Program-made: the position numbers and the translations under genes
Notes under the pieces: model-generated
What the model was told of the DNA's origin: nothing
The model's database searches: none
What the model saw: the letters and a program-made list of their open reading frames with translations, nothing else
In this document: positions 17,845-26,952 of the stretch, piece by piece
How the letters are laid out: each line of letters begins with the position of its first letter
How positions within the stretch are numbered: position 1 is the first letter of the stretch
Source of the DNA: an uncultured Dehalococcoidia bacterium
GTDB lineage: Bacteria > Chloroflexota > Dehalococcoidia > GIF9 > UBA5629
Length of the DNA stretch: 56,189 bases
Assembly: GCA_903929005.1 (NCBI GenBank)
Contig: CAIYTC010000177.1
Location: forward strand, 1-56,189
Direction of reading: 5' to 3'

Positions 17845-19533
17845 TTATTTTCCTTTAGCCTTGTGCTCTTCCTGCAGCACGCGCCGCAGCACTTTGCCCA
17901 CCATGGTCTTGGGCAGGGCATCGCGGAATTCCACGTGCTTGGGTATTTTATAGGCGGTCAGCTTATCGCGGCAGAAGACCTGTATCTCTTCAACTGTGCA
18001 CTGCTGCTCTGCCCTCAATACCACCCAGGCCTTGACGGCCTCGCCCTGCGCGGCATCGGGCACACCCGCTACGCCCACCTCGAGCACCGCCGGGTGCTGT
18101 GAGATGATCTCCTCTATCTCGATGGGGAAGACCTGGTGGCCGCTGGGCTTGATGAGATCCTTCTTGCGGGAGGTTATGAATAAATAGCCGTCCTCATCCA
18201 GGTAGCCGATGTCCCCCGTATACAGCCAGCCGTCGCGCAGCATTTCCGCCGTAGCCTCCGGCCGGTTCCAGTAACCCTGCATGATGTGGGGACCCTTAGC
18301 TATGATCTCTCCGGCTTCGCCCGGCTTCATCTCTTGCTTGCCCGTGTCGATATCGACAATCTTGATTACCGTATCAGGAGTGGGCATGCCCACGGCGCCT
18401 TCCTTCCACTTGCCCAGGAAGGGCCCCATGGCCAGCACGCCCGATTCGGTCAGGCCGTAGGCCTCCACGATCTTGCCGCCGGTGACAACCTCCCACTGCC
18501 GTTTTGTTTCGGGAAGCAATGGCGCGGCCGCCGCTACGGAGGACTTCATGGTCTTGAAATCGATCTTTCCCGATTTTACCTCCGGCCTGTTCATCAGCCC
18601 GATGAAGATGGCCGAGATGGCCGGGAAAAAGGCGGGCTTGACTTTCTTGATGGTGGTTAGCACATCCGGTACCTCGCGTGGATTGGCTATCAGCGCGGTG
18701 GGATAGCGGCCGGCTATGGCAGTGGACAACAATATCACGTTGCCATACACGTGGAAGAAGGGCATCAACAGGACCAGCGTATCCACCCAGTCCGTGGCCA
18801 GCGGCTTGGACCAAACGTGTATCTGCCTGCCGTTCATGAAGATGGCCGCGTGGCTGAGCATCACGCCCTTGGGCGTGCCGGTGGTGCCGCCGCTGAAGAG
18901 CAGCAGGCCGGTATCCTTGCCGGTCACTTTAATATCAGGTTTTTTGTCATTGGCATGTTTCTTCATCAGGTCCTGCAGCCAGATATCATTGCCCTGCACC
19001 CTCTCCAGGTATTGGCCGAGCTTCTTTTCCATCAGCAACGTGAACATGACTTTTATAAAAGGCGCCAGGTATTCCTTGATGCTGGTGGCGATCAGCAGGC
19101 GCAGGCCGGTGCGCGGCTGGATCTTCTTCACTAAATCATAGTAGGCGGTCAGCACGATGGCCACTTCCGCGCCGCACTCTTTGAGCGCGAACTCCAACTC
19201 CGCCTCGCTATACAGAGGGTTGATGGGTACCGAGATAGCCCCGGCCTTCCAGATGGCAAGCTGACCGATGACGATATTAGGGCAATTTGGCATGAGCATG
19301 GCCACGCGGTCGCCCTTCTTGACACCGCTGGCGGCCAACCCGGCGGCCAGCACATCGCTCAGGTGGTCTATCTGCTTGTAGGTCATCCACCTGCCCTTGA
19401 ACCATATCATGCGGTGCCCGGGCCTCTCCTTAGCTACATCAGCCACATCCTCGAAAAGCGTCTTGTCGGGATAGGGCTCAAGCGTGTGCGGGACGCCCGC
19501 ATCGTAATTCTTAAACCAGGGATATTCAGTCAC
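17845..19533 (-). CDS. Long-chain fatty acid--CoA ligase
   Basis: FSGGTTGTPKG, YGLTE, TGDIG, PKTMVGK; GTG start with AGGAGG RBS. Confidence 0.92.
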   Translation of the reverse strand: MTEYPWFKNYDAGVPHTLEPYPDKTLFEDVADVAKERPGHRMIWFKGRWMTYKQIDHLSDVLAAGLAASGVKKGDRVAMLMPNCPNIVIGQLAIWKAGAISVPINPLYSEAELEFALKECGAEVAIVLTAYYDLVKKIQPRTGLRLLIATSIKEYLAPFIKVMFTLLMEKKLGQYLERVQGNDIWLQDLMKKHANDKKPDIKVTGKDTGLLLFSGGTTGTPKGVMLSHAAIFMNGRQIHVWSKPLATDWVDTLVLLMPFFHVYGNVILLSTAIAGRYPTALIANPREVPDVLTTIKKVKPAFFPAISAIFIGLMNRPEVKSGKIDFKTMKSSVAAAAPLLPETKRQWEVVTGGKIVEAYGLTESGVLAMGPFLGKWKEGAVGMPTPDTVIKIVDIDTGKQEMKPGEAGEIIAKGPHIMQGYWNRPEATAEMLRDGWLYTGDIGYLDEDGYLFITSRKKDLIKPSGHQVFPIEIEEIISQHPAVLEVGVAGVPDAAQGEAVKAWVVLRAEQQCTVEEIQVFCRDKLTAYKIPKHVEFRDALPKTMVGKVLRRVLQEEHKAKGK

Positions 19534-19603
19534 TTTCTGCCTCCTGAATAGCTATTTTATTTGCGCAGGCGGGTTTAAAAACCCGCTCCTGAAGCATTTA
19601 TTG

Positions 19604-19750
19604 TGTTGCGAGGAGCATCCCAAAAATGTCTTTGCGAGAAGCCCGCAGGCGACGAAGCAATCTCAGGGCATAGCGCTACTAACAGGCAGATTGCCGCGGC
19701 CGCTACGGCGGCCTCGCAATGACAGACGTTAGAGTAAGCCTCGCATGACA
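19604..19750. repeat. GTCATTGCGAG-family palindromic element, copy 2 (nested arms)
   Basis: Core 19628-19723 GTCTTTGCGAG...GAAGCAATC...GATTGCCGCGGCC...CCTCGCAATGAC, flanked by outer TTGCGAGG / CCTCGCATGACA arms. Confidence 0.85.
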
Positions 19751-19763
19751 TATAAGGCCCCCC

Positions 19764-21422
19764 CTACGTCTTTTTGGCTTTCTCCTCTTCCTGCAGCACA
19801 CGGCGCAGTATCTTGCCTACCAGCGTCTTGGGTAAGGCCTCCCTGAAATCTATGTATTTCGGCACCTTGTAGGCCGTAAGTTTCTCGCGGCAATATTTCT
19901 GCAGCTCCTCGGCGCTCAGCTTCTCGCCGGGCTTGAGTACCACCCAGGCTTTGACAGACTCAACCTGGACCGGGTCGGGGATGCCGGCGACGCCTACCTC
20001 GGCAACGGCGGGGTGCGCCGATATCACCTCTTCGACTTCCCTCGGCCAGACCTGGTGCCCGCCGGGCTTTATCAGGTCCTTCTTACGCGAGGTCAGGTAG
20101 ATGTAGCCGTCACTGTCCATGTAGCCGATATCTCCCGTATACAGCCATCCGTCCTTGATCATCTCCTCGGTGCCCTGAGGATTATTCCAATATCCCTGCA
20201 TGACCTGCGGACCCCTGGCTACGACCTCACCCTCCTGCCCGTAGGGCAGTTCCTTATCCGGATCAGCCGCATCCACGAATTTCACGATCACGTCCGGCAG
20301 CGGCAGGCCCACCGAACCCTCCTTCCACTGTCCGTTGAACGGGCCGATGCTCAGCACTACCGTTGATTCAGTCATACCGTAGGCTTCTAATACCCTGGCG
20401 CCGGTCATCGACTCGAACCGCTGCTTGGTTTCCACCATCAGCGGTATTGCGCCTGACAGGCAGAATTTGAGGCAACTGAAATCGACTTTGCCAGCCTTGA
20501 CCTCGGGATGCCCCATCAGGCCGATCAACAACGTAGGCACGCCAGGCATGGATGCGGGCCTGGTTTTCTTGATGGTATTAATAACATCGTCCAGATCACG
20601 CGGATTAGGCACGATGGCCATCGGGCTGCGCAGGCAGAGCGAGCTGCCGATAACGCCGTTGAAACCATAGGCATGGAACATGGGCATGAGCGCTATAGTG
20701 ACGTCATCATGGGTCATCATCCCGGCCTTGTTCCAGGCATTGCTCTGCAACCCTACTGCCATCATGTTTTTATAGGAAAGCATGGCGCCCTTGGGTGCGC
20801 CGGTGGTGCCGCCGCTGAAGAGTATCAGGGCCGTGTCACCGGCATCCTGCTTAATGGCCGGGGCAGCATCGGCGGCGTGCTTGGCCATCAGGTCATCCAT
20901 CCACACATCACCCTTCTGTAGCTCCATACTGTGCGGTTTCACAGCCTCGGGGAGCATATAATCCTCCAGCGACGTGGCTATGATCAGGCGCAGTTTTGTG
21001 CGCGGCTGGATCTTTTTGACATTGGCGTAGAGCAGGTCCCAGACGATCAGCACCTCGGCATCTACCGTGTTGAGCGCGTGCACCAGTTCTTCTTCGTTAT
21101 AAAGCGGGTTGAGCGGCACGTAAATACCGCCTGCTTTCATGGCGCCGAAGGCGCCGATCAACTGCTGCGGCATATTCAGCAGCATGCTGGCCACTCGGTC
21201 GCCCTTCTTAATACCACTGGCGATCAAAGCTGAGCCCATCACTTCCAGTATCCGGGACGTCTCCCTGTACGAAAAATACCTGTCCTTGTAAATCATGAAG
21301 GTGTGGTGGGGCATCTCCCTGGTCGTCTCCGCGATAACGTCAAGATGCGTGATGTTGGGATAGGGTTCCAGGGAACGGGGGACCTCCGGGTCATAGCTCT
21401 TAAACCATGGATATTCCGCCAT
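19764..21422 (-). CDS. Long-chain fatty acid--CoA ligase
   Basis: FSGGTTGAPKG, YGMTE, TGDIG, PKTLVGK. Confidence 0.92.
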   Translation of the reverse strand: MAEYPWFKSYDPEVPRSLEPYPNITHLDVIAETTREMPHHTFMIYKDRYFSYRETSRILEVMGSALIASGIKKGDRVASMLLNMPQQLIGAFGAMKAGGIYVPLNPLYNEEELVHALNTVDAEVLIVWDLLYANVKKIQPRTKLRLIIATSLEDYMLPEAVKPHSMELQKGDVWMDDLMAKHAADAAPAIKQDAGDTALILFSGGTTGAPKGAMLSYKNMMAVGLQSNAWNKAGMMTHDDVTIALMPMFHAYGFNGVIGSSLCLRSPMAIVPNPRDLDDVINTIKKTRPASMPGVPTLLIGLMGHPEVKAGKVDFSCLKFCLSGAIPLMVETKQRFESMTGARVLEAYGMTESTVVLSIGPFNGQWKEGSVGLPLPDVIVKFVDAADPDKELPYGQEGEVVARGPQVMQGYWNNPQGTEEMIKDGWLYTGDIGYMDSDGYIYLTSRKKDLIKPGGHQVWPREVEEVISAHPAVAEVGVAGIPDPVQVESVKAWVVLKPGEKLSAEELQKYCREKLTAYKVPKYIDFREALPKTLVGKILRRVLQEEEKAKKT

Positions 21423-21475
21423 TTGACAGCCTCCTCAAAAATTATTTTATTATGCTCAGCTTATCACTTTAGCCT

Positions 21476-21516
21476 GAGATTGCTTCGTCACTTCGTTCCT
21501 CGCAAAGACATTTTTG
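21476..21516. repeat. GTCATTGCGAG-family element, half copy 3
   Basis: Reverse complement reads CAAAAATGTCTTTGCGAGGAACGAAGTGACGAAGCAATCTC, matching the left arm of copy 2. Confidence 0.8.
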
Positions 21517-21613
21517 TTTTTGCCATTGCGAACGTTTTGGGCAGTTCAGGAAGAGCGCCGCCACGCGGTCCCCTCTCTTAACACCCGTATCAGCCAATTT
21601 AATAACCTTTTAG

Positions 21614-21643
21614 CTGCCCCCGGCGGGTACCCGCCGGGGGCAG
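21614..21643. terminator. GC-rich perfect 30-bp palindrome (terminator or mRNA-stabilising hairpin)
   Basis: CTGCCCCCGGCGGGT/ACCCGCCGGGGGCAG just downstream of a minus-strand ligase gene. Confidence 0.6.
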
Positions 21644-21689
21644 AAAATAAACTTTTATGTCCCTGCAGTGTATCTACTTCACCAAATTA

Positions 21690-23381
21690 TTATTTCTTTG
21701 TTTTGGCTTTTTCTTCCTCTACCAGGACACGGCGCAGAACCTTGCCCACCATGGTCTTGGGCAATTCGCTGCGGAAGTCTATGAACTTGGGTATTTTATA
21801 GGCCACCAGTTTTTCCTTGCAGAATGCCTGTATTTCCTCGGCCGTAGCCGTCTTGCCGGCTGCCAGCACCACCCAGGCTTTAACGGCCTCGCCCTGCTTG
21901 GCGTCCGGTATGCCGGCCACGCAGACCTCTGCAACCGCAGGATGGGCATTGACAGCCTCTTCAACTTCCCTCGGCCATACCTGGAAGCCGCTGGGCTTGA
22001 TGAGATCCTTCTTGCGCGAAGTTATGAATAAATAGCCGTCCTCATCCATGTAGCCGATGTCACCCGTATAAAGCCAGCCATCCCGCAGCATCGCCATCGT
22101 CTCTTCGGTATTGTTCCAGTATCCGGCCATGAGCTGGGGCGCTTTGAAAACGATCTCGCCTTCTTTGCCGGCTGGCAAATCGCCTTCACCGGTCTCGGCA
22201 TCACCGATCCTCACGACGACATCAGGCAAGGGCATACCCGTGGACCCCTCCTTCCATTTGCCGAGGTAGGGCGTGACGCAGGAGGCCATGGTGGTCTCGG
22301 TCAGCGCATAGCCCTCGACTATGCGCCCGCCGGTGAGATCCTCGAAGCGTTTCTTGGTATCTGCCAGCAGGGGCGCTGCGCCCGAAACACAAAACTTCAT
22401 CGATTTGAAATCGACTTTCCCGGCCTTGACCTTGGGATGCTCCAGCAGCGAAATATACAGGGCTGGAACTGCCGGGAAGAAGGTCGGTTTATCGTGTTGA
22501 ATAGTAGCAATCATGTCTTCACGGTCACGCGGGTTGGGCACCAGCGACATGGACACATGGCAAACTATTGCCGTACACATCACACCGAAGGTGGCAAATG
22601 AGTGGAACAGCGGGAGCAACGTCATAATTACATCTTTGTACTCCTCAATCATGGTTCCAAACCATGCCTTATACTGCAGCCCGGTAACAACCTGTGAATG
22701 ATGTGTGCCTATCACACCCTTGGGGGTGCCGGTGGTGCCGCCGCTGAAGAGTATCAGCGCAGGGTCTGACGGCACTACCTTGACAGCCGGCCTCTTGGCG
22801 CCGTCCTGCTCCTTAATCATGTCCAGCAGCCAGATATCGCCTTTTTCCAACTCTGCATAGTGCCCTTCCTTTTTCTCCTTGACTAATGTGAAGAGCACCT
22901 TGAGCACGGGCGACAGGTAGTCTTTGATGCTGGTGGCGATGACCAGCTTAACTTTGGTGCGCGCTTGGATCTTTTTTAACTGGCTGTAGAACATAGTCAG
23001 GACGACTACAGTTTCCGCCCCGCAATCTTTGAGCGCATGCTCGAGCTCGGGCTCAGTGTAGGTGGGATTCAGGTGCACCAGGATAGCGCCTATTTTCCAG
23101 GCGCCCCAGCGGCAAATTATGGCCTGCGGGCAGTTGGGCATGAGCAGGGCCACGCGGTCGCCCTTCTTTACCCCCTTGGCTACCAGTGCAGCGGCGAATT
23201 CATCGCTCCATTTCTGCACTTCAGCATAGGATATCTTGCGCTTTTTAAAATGAAGCATGGGGTAACCAGGGTGTGCCTTGGCCGACTCATCCACGTAATC
23301 AACAAGAGTTTTCTGTGGATAGGGTTCCAGTGTTTTTGGGACCCCGGGATCGTAATTTTTCAACCAGCGGTACTCTGCCAT
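21690..23381 (-). CDS. Long-chain fatty acid--CoA ligase
   Basis: FSGGTTGTPKG, YALTE, TGDIG, PKTMVGK; start reassigned to ATG 23381 after GGAGG. Confidence 0.92.
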   Translation of the reverse strand: MAEYRWLKNYDPGVPKTLEPYPQKTLVDYVDESAKAHPGYPMLHFKKRKISYAEVQKWSDEFAAALVAKGVKKGDRVALLMPNCPQAIICRWGAWKIGAILVHLNPTYTEPELEHALKDCGAETVVVLTMFYSQLKKIQARTKVKLVIATSIKDYLSPVLKVLFTLVKEKKEGHYAELEKGDIWLLDMIKEQDGAKRPAVKVVPSDPALILFSGGTTGTPKGVIGTHHSQVVTGLQYKAWFGTMIEEYKDVIMTLLPLFHSFATFGVMCTAIVCHVSMSLVPNPRDREDMIATIQHDKPTFFPAVPALYISLLEHPKVKAGKVDFKSMKFCVSGAAPLLADTKKRFEDLTGGRIVEGYALTETTMASCVTPYLGKWKEGSTGMPLPDVVVRIGDAETGEGDLPAGKEGEIVFKAPQLMAGYWNNTEETMAMLRDGWLYTGDIGYMDEDGYLFITSRKKDLIKPSGFQVWPREVEEAVNAHPAVAEVCVAGIPDAKQGEAVKAWVVLAAGKTATAEEIQAFCKEKLVAYKIPKFIDFRSELPKTMVGKVLRRVLVEEEKAKTKK

Positions 23382-23432
23382 GTAATAACCTCCCTGCAAA
23401 TTTTTATTTTCGATTGATTTGTTTATACCCTG

Positions 23433-23460
23433 CTGCCCCCGGCGGCCCGGCCGGGGGCAG
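23433..23460. terminator. GC-rich hairpin homologous to the one at 21614
   Basis: CTGCCCCCGGC-N6-GCCGGGGGCAG. Confidence 0.55.
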
Positions 23461-23490
23461 GTTATTCTGCGCTAATTTTAAACCATCAGC

Positions 23491-25182
23491 TTATTTTTTG
23501 TTTTTTGCCGCTTCTTCCTCGACCAGCACCCGGCGCAATACTTTGCCGACCATGGTCTTGGGCAGTTCGCCGCGGAATTCCACGAACTTGGGAATCTTAT
23601 AGGCCACAAGCTTCTCTTTGCAGAATGCCTGTATTTCCTCGGCCGAAGCCGTCTGGCCGGCTGTCAGCACCACCCAGGCCTTAACGGCCTCGCCCTGCTT
23701 GGCATCCGGTATACCTGCCACGCTGACTTCGGCCACCGCCGGGTGGCCATTGATGACCTCTTCGACTTCCCTCGGCCAGACCTGGAAGCCACTGGGCTTG
23801 ATCAGGTCCTTCTTGCGCGAGGTGGTAAAAAGATAGCCGTCATCATCCATGTAACCCACGTCTCCGGTGTAAAGCCAACCGTCGCGCAGCATTTCTTTGG
23901 TCTCCTCCGGTTTTTTCCAGTACCCGGCCATGAGTTGCGGCGCCCGGAAGACGATCTCGCCTTCTTTGCCCGCCGGCATCTCGCCATCACCGGTTTCGAT
24001 ATCACCGATGCGGATGATAACGTCCGGGAGGGGCATGCCTACAGAGCCCTGCTTCCATTTGCCCCTATAGGGGGTGCAGGTGCAGGCCATGGTGGTCTCG
24101 GTAAGCCCGTAGCCCTCCACGATGCGTCCGCCGGTCAGGTCTTCAAAGCGTTTCTTGGTCTCCGCCATCAGCGGCGCCGCGCCGGAGTTGCAGCATTTCA
24201 TGGAGCTGAAGTCAACCTTGCCTGCCTTGACCACCGGGTGCTCCAGCAGTGCTATGAACATGGCGGGAACAGCCGGGAAAAAGGCAGGCCTGTCGTGCTG
24301 TATGGTGGCTATCACGTCGTCGCGATCGCGCGGGTTGGGCACCAGCGACAGGGCAGAGTGGCCAACGATGGCCGTGCTCATCACCGCGTAGGTCGCGAAC
24401 GAATGGAACAGCGGCAGCACCACCATCATCACGTCCTTGTACGGCTCGGTGATCTCGCCAAACCACCTGTCGAACTGCAGGCCGGTTATGACCTGTGAAT
24501 GGTGGGTACCCACCACGCCCTTGGGGGTGCCTGTTGTGCCGCCGGAGAAAAGTATCAGCGCAGGGTCTGCCGGCATTACCTTGACGTCGGGACGTTTGGC
24601 CCCGGCTTTCTCTTTTATGAGGTCCGTCAGCCAGAAATCGCCGGGCTGCAGTACTATAAAGTGGCCTTCCTTTTTCTCCTTTAACAGCGTGAAGAGCACC
24701 TTGAGCACCGGCGGAAGATAGTCTTTGATACCGGTGGCAATGACCAGCTTTATAGCGGTGCGCGCTTGAATCTTTTTTAACTGGTTGTAGAACATAGTCA
24801 GGACAACTACGGTTTCCGCCCCGCAGTCTTTGAGCGCATGCTCAAGTTCGGAATCGGTATACATCGGGTTCATGTGCACCAGGATGGCGCCGGCCTTCCA
24901 GGCGCCCCAGCGGCAAATAATCGCCTGCGGGCAGTTAGGCATAATCAAGGCCACGCGGTCACCCTTTTTTACACCTTTGGCTGCCAGCATAGCGGCAAAT
25001 TCATCGCTCAGCTTCTGGATCTCGGCATAGGACATTTTCCTTTTCTTGAAAAGTACCATTGGGTAATCAGGGTGTTCCTTGACTGCCTCATCTACATAAT
25101 CGACCAGCGTCTTCTGCGGATAGGGCTCCAATGTAGCCGGAACCCCTTTGTCATAGTTTTTTAACCACCTTTTGTCGGACAA
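23491..25182 (-). CDS. Long-chain fatty acid--CoA ligase
   Basis: FSGGTTGTPKG, YGLTE, TGDVG, PKTMVGK; TTG start with GGAGG RBS; closest paralog is 21690..23381. Confidence 0.92.
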   Translation of the reverse strand: MSDKRWLKNYDKGVPATLEPYPQKTLVDYVDEAVKEHPDYPMVLFKKRKMSYAEIQKLSDEFAAMLAAKGVKKGDRVALIMPNCPQAIICRWGAWKAGAILVHMNPMYTDSELEHALKDCGAETVVVLTMFYNQLKKIQARTAIKLVIATGIKDYLPPVLKVLFTLLKEKKEGHFIVLQPGDFWLTDLIKEKAGAKRPDVKVMPADPALILFSGGTTGTPKGVVGTHHSQVITGLQFDRWFGEITEPYKDVMMVVLPLFHSFATYAVMSTAIVGHSALSLVPNPRDRDDVIATIQHDRPAFFPAVPAMFIALLEHPVVKAGKVDFSSMKCCNSGAAPLMAETKKRFEDLTGGRIVEGYGLTETTMACTCTPYRGKWKQGSVGMPLPDVIIRIGDIETGDGEMPAGKEGEIVFRAPQLMAGYWKKPEETKEMLRDGWLYTGDVGYMDDDGYLFTTSRKKDLIKPSGFQVWPREVEEVINGHPAVAEVSVAGIPDAKQGEAVKAWVVLTAGQTASAEEIQAFCKEKLVAYKIPKFVEFRGELPKTMVGKVLRRVLVEEEAAKNKK

Positions 25183-25245
25183 GTTAGAACCTCCTAAAGA
25201 TTTGATTTTATCATTAAGCGTAAAACGCCTGATTACCTCCGTTGA

Positions 25246-26949
25246 TCATGCTTTGGCTGCCTTCTGCTTAGCTAACTCCTCTTCCACCAGTATGCGCTTC
25301 AATATTTTGCCGACCAGTGTCTTGGGCAATTCTGTTCTGAACTCAACATGCTTGGGAACCTTATAGGCCGTCAGCTTCTCACGGCAATGCAATTGAATTT
25401 CCTCCGCAGTAGCCGTCTCACCCTGTTTAAGCACTACCCAGGCCTTTACCGCTTCCACCTGGTACGCGTCCGGGATGCCTGCTACGCCAACCTCAACTAC
25501 CTTGGGATGGGTGCTTATGACCTCTTCAACCTCCCTCGGCCAGACCTGGAAGCCGCCGGGCTTGATCAGCTCTTTTATGCGGGAGGTTATAAACAGGCAG
25601 CCGTCATCGTTCAGGTAGCCGACATCGCCTGTATGCAGCCAACCGTTGCGTATCATCTCGCTGGTAGCCTCCGGCCTGTTCCAGTAGCCCGGCATTATCT
25701 GTGGGCACTTCGCAATTATCTCGCCTTCCTGGCCGGCAGGCATGTCTTTCTCACCTGTCTCAACATCCACAATACGGATAATAACATCGGGCAGGGGGAT
25801 GCCGGCCGAACCGGGGGTCCACTTGCCCTCTACCGGTCCCAGTGTGATAGCAGCGGTCAACTCCGTCATGCCATAGCCTTCGATCAGCTTACCGCCCGTC
25901 AACTCCTCGAACCGCCTCTTGGTTTCCGGAAGCAGCGGTGCTGCTGATGCAACACAAAGCTTCATGGATTTAAAGTCGACCTTCCCCGCTTTGACCGCCG
26001 GGTGCTCCAGCAGTGCGATAAAAAGCGTCGGCACAGCCGGGAAATAGGCGGGTTTGACCTTATTTATCGTATTCACCAGGTCATCCCGGTCGCGCGGATT
26101 GGGAACTACCGCCAGCGGATTGTGCCCCATAATGGAAGTGCCCATTACCCCGGCAAAGCCGTAAACGTGGAAGAGCGGCATGATCATCATGACCACATCA
26201 TCCCACTCGGTCAAGACACTATCGTTCCATACCTTGAGCTGCCAGGCCTCGGCGACCAGGCATTTATGCGTTATGATTACCCCCTTGGGGACGCCGGTGG
26301 TGCCGCCGCTGAAAAGAAGCAGGGCAATATCGTCCGGCAGCGGCTTGTGATCAGGGGCAGTATCCCCCGCGTGCTTGAGCATCAGGTCAGCTAAGTAAAC
26401 ATCATTTTGCGCAAGCTTTATACGGTGACCTTCCTTCTTCTCCTTGAGCAGGGTGAACATCAGCGCCAGGAAGGAGGGCAGGTATTCCTTGATATTGACA
26501 GCTATCACCAAACGCAGGCTGGTACGCGCCTGTATCTTCTTCACAGTGGCACAGAACGGTGTCAATACTACGGCTACCTCTGCGCCGCATTCTTTCAATG
26601 CATGTTCCAGTTCGTACTCGGTATACATCGGGTTGAGCGGCACCGGTATGGCGCCCGCTTTCCAGGCGCCGAAAGACGAGATAAAACCCTGCGGGCAATT
26701 GGGCAGGAGGATGGCCACACGGTCTCCTTTTTTCACCCCGTTAGCCTGCAGCGCCGCAGCGAATATATTAAATAGCCTGACCATTTCCCCGTAAGTGATT
26801 GTCCTGCCTTTAAAAAACAGGAACGGGTGCCCGGGCCTCTTCCTGGCGGAATCCTCCACCACATCCATAAATGTCACTGCCGGATACGGTTCCAGTGTGT
26901 GCGGAACCCCTTTGTCATAGCTCTTGAACCACGGATAATCGATTGCCAT
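25246..26949 (-). CDS. Long-chain fatty acid--CoA ligase
   Basis: FSGGTTGVPKG, YGMTE, TGDVG, PKTLVGK. Confidence 0.92.
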   Translation of the reverse strand: MAIDYPWFKSYDKGVPHTLEPYPAVTFMDVVEDSARKRPGHPFLFFKGRTITYGEMVRLFNIFAAALQANGVKKGDRVAILLPNCPQGFISSFGAWKAGAIPVPLNPMYTEYELEHALKECGAEVAVVLTPFCATVKKIQARTSLRLVIAVNIKEYLPSFLALMFTLLKEKKEGHRIKLAQNDVYLADLMLKHAGDTAPDHKPLPDDIALLLFSGGTTGVPKGVIITHKCLVAEAWQLKVWNDSVLTEWDDVVMMIMPLFHVYGFAGVMGTSIMGHNPLAVVPNPRDRDDLVNTINKVKPAYFPAVPTLFIALLEHPAVKAGKVDFKSMKLCVASAAPLLPETKRRFEELTGGKLIEGYGMTELTAAITLGPVEGKWTPGSAGIPLPDVIIRIVDVETGEKDMPAGQEGEIIAKCPQIMPGYWNRPEATSEMIRNGWLHTGDVGYLNDDGCLFITSRIKELIKPGGFQVWPREVEEVISTHPKVVEVGVAGIPDAYQVEAVKAWVVLKQGETATAEEIQLHCREKLTAYKVPKHVEFRTELPKTLVGKILKRILVEEELAKQKAAKA

Positions 26950-26952
26950 TAT